From the NCBI RefSeq assembly GCF_006345805.1, contig NC_043022.1, positions 16,368,001-16,432,000 on the forward strand: a stretch of 64,000 nt of DNA, written 5' to 3'. The notes under the pieces were generated by a model. The model was not told where the DNA came from and made no database searches. It saw only the letters and a program-made list of their open reading frames with translations. Source of the stretch: Octopus sinensis. Lineage: Eukaryota. Below are positions 63,450 to 64,000 of the stretch, one piece after another. The number at the start of each line of letters is the position of its first letter. Position 1 is the stretch's first letter. Both the position numbers and the translations under genes were made by a program.

Positions 63450-64000
63450 GAGAGTACAGCTTGGAAGAGATTTCACTGAGTTAACAAATCACCTCACTGA
63501 ATTCCTATTCTGAGGTCATAAGGTCATAAGGTGTGAATAATTCTAAAACACACCTCAGTTTCAGCAAAACCTGTCTTAAACCGACCCTTGCCAATAACCT
63601 AAACTGTGATCTTGTATTTGTAAGGCACAGATTGTAATCTGAGAGATTAGTTGGGAATAAACAGTGCCCTACAAGCTGTGAAATCTAGTAGATGTCGTCC
63701 CCATAACTGGTTTTGATAGATGTCCTATGTCTCCAACTCGTTGAAGATCACATGATGCTTTTCTGAATGTAGTTATGAACTGTAGAGAGAGAGAGAGTGT
63801 AATGCAGCAGTCTGAGTGTGTTGCATTTCTCCATTCCCTGTAACTTTTTGCTTGGAGGTGTTGACCACTACAAAGGGGCAGCAGTGAATTTTATTCCTGG
63901 TATGACCACTGGTTAATCGAGCCAGGGGTGAACTCAGTCAGAGCTTAGAAGTGGTTGCTTTTGTGCACCAACAGTGTGCATTCCGGAAGAATATTTGGGG

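Larger units (their letters stand above)
1..64000. repeat. pervasive microsatellites: (CA/TG)n, (TA)n, (CAT/ATG)n, (TAA)n, (GA)n, (GGT)n
   Basis: Dozens of tracts, e.g. 3150-3345, 12535-12595, 22259-22305, 37140-37415, 60100-60200; many are SINE interiors or tails. Confidence 0.99.

Overview
AT-rich, microsatellite-saturated animal genomic DNA. The SINE families and the (CA)n/(TA)n/(ATG)n/(TAA)n load point to an octopus (Octopus sp.); this is recognition from memory, not a database result. The window behaves like intronic/intergenic DNA, and I cannot name any host gene. Almost all ORFs in the supplied track come from microsatellites or SINEs. Well supported: many tRNA-derived SINE copies built from interchangeable heads and tails; truncated LINE remnants (RTE x3, CR1, Dong/R4); a Tc1/mariner 3' remnant; five TTAA-flanked piggyBac-type MITEs. 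Less certain but more interesting: (i) a + strand exon cluster at 31-39 kb with 13-nt microexon candidates and a hydrophobic helix that forms only across a splice junction; (ii) a recursive-splice-site signature with a 66-nt all-frames-stop exon at 41.9 kb; (iii) two nested, convergent pairs of ~96-97% identical young SINEs at 50.9-55.8 kb whose innermost 179-bp loop looks exon-like; (iv) a 142-bp fold-back hairpin at 34.3 kb. I found no evidence I can defend for a wholly new multi-gene system. The best leads concern RNA processing (dsRNA/ADAR editing, recursive and microexon splicing) and modular SINE evolution. Repeat boundaries are approximate unless a TSD is quoted, and percent identities are by-eye counts.
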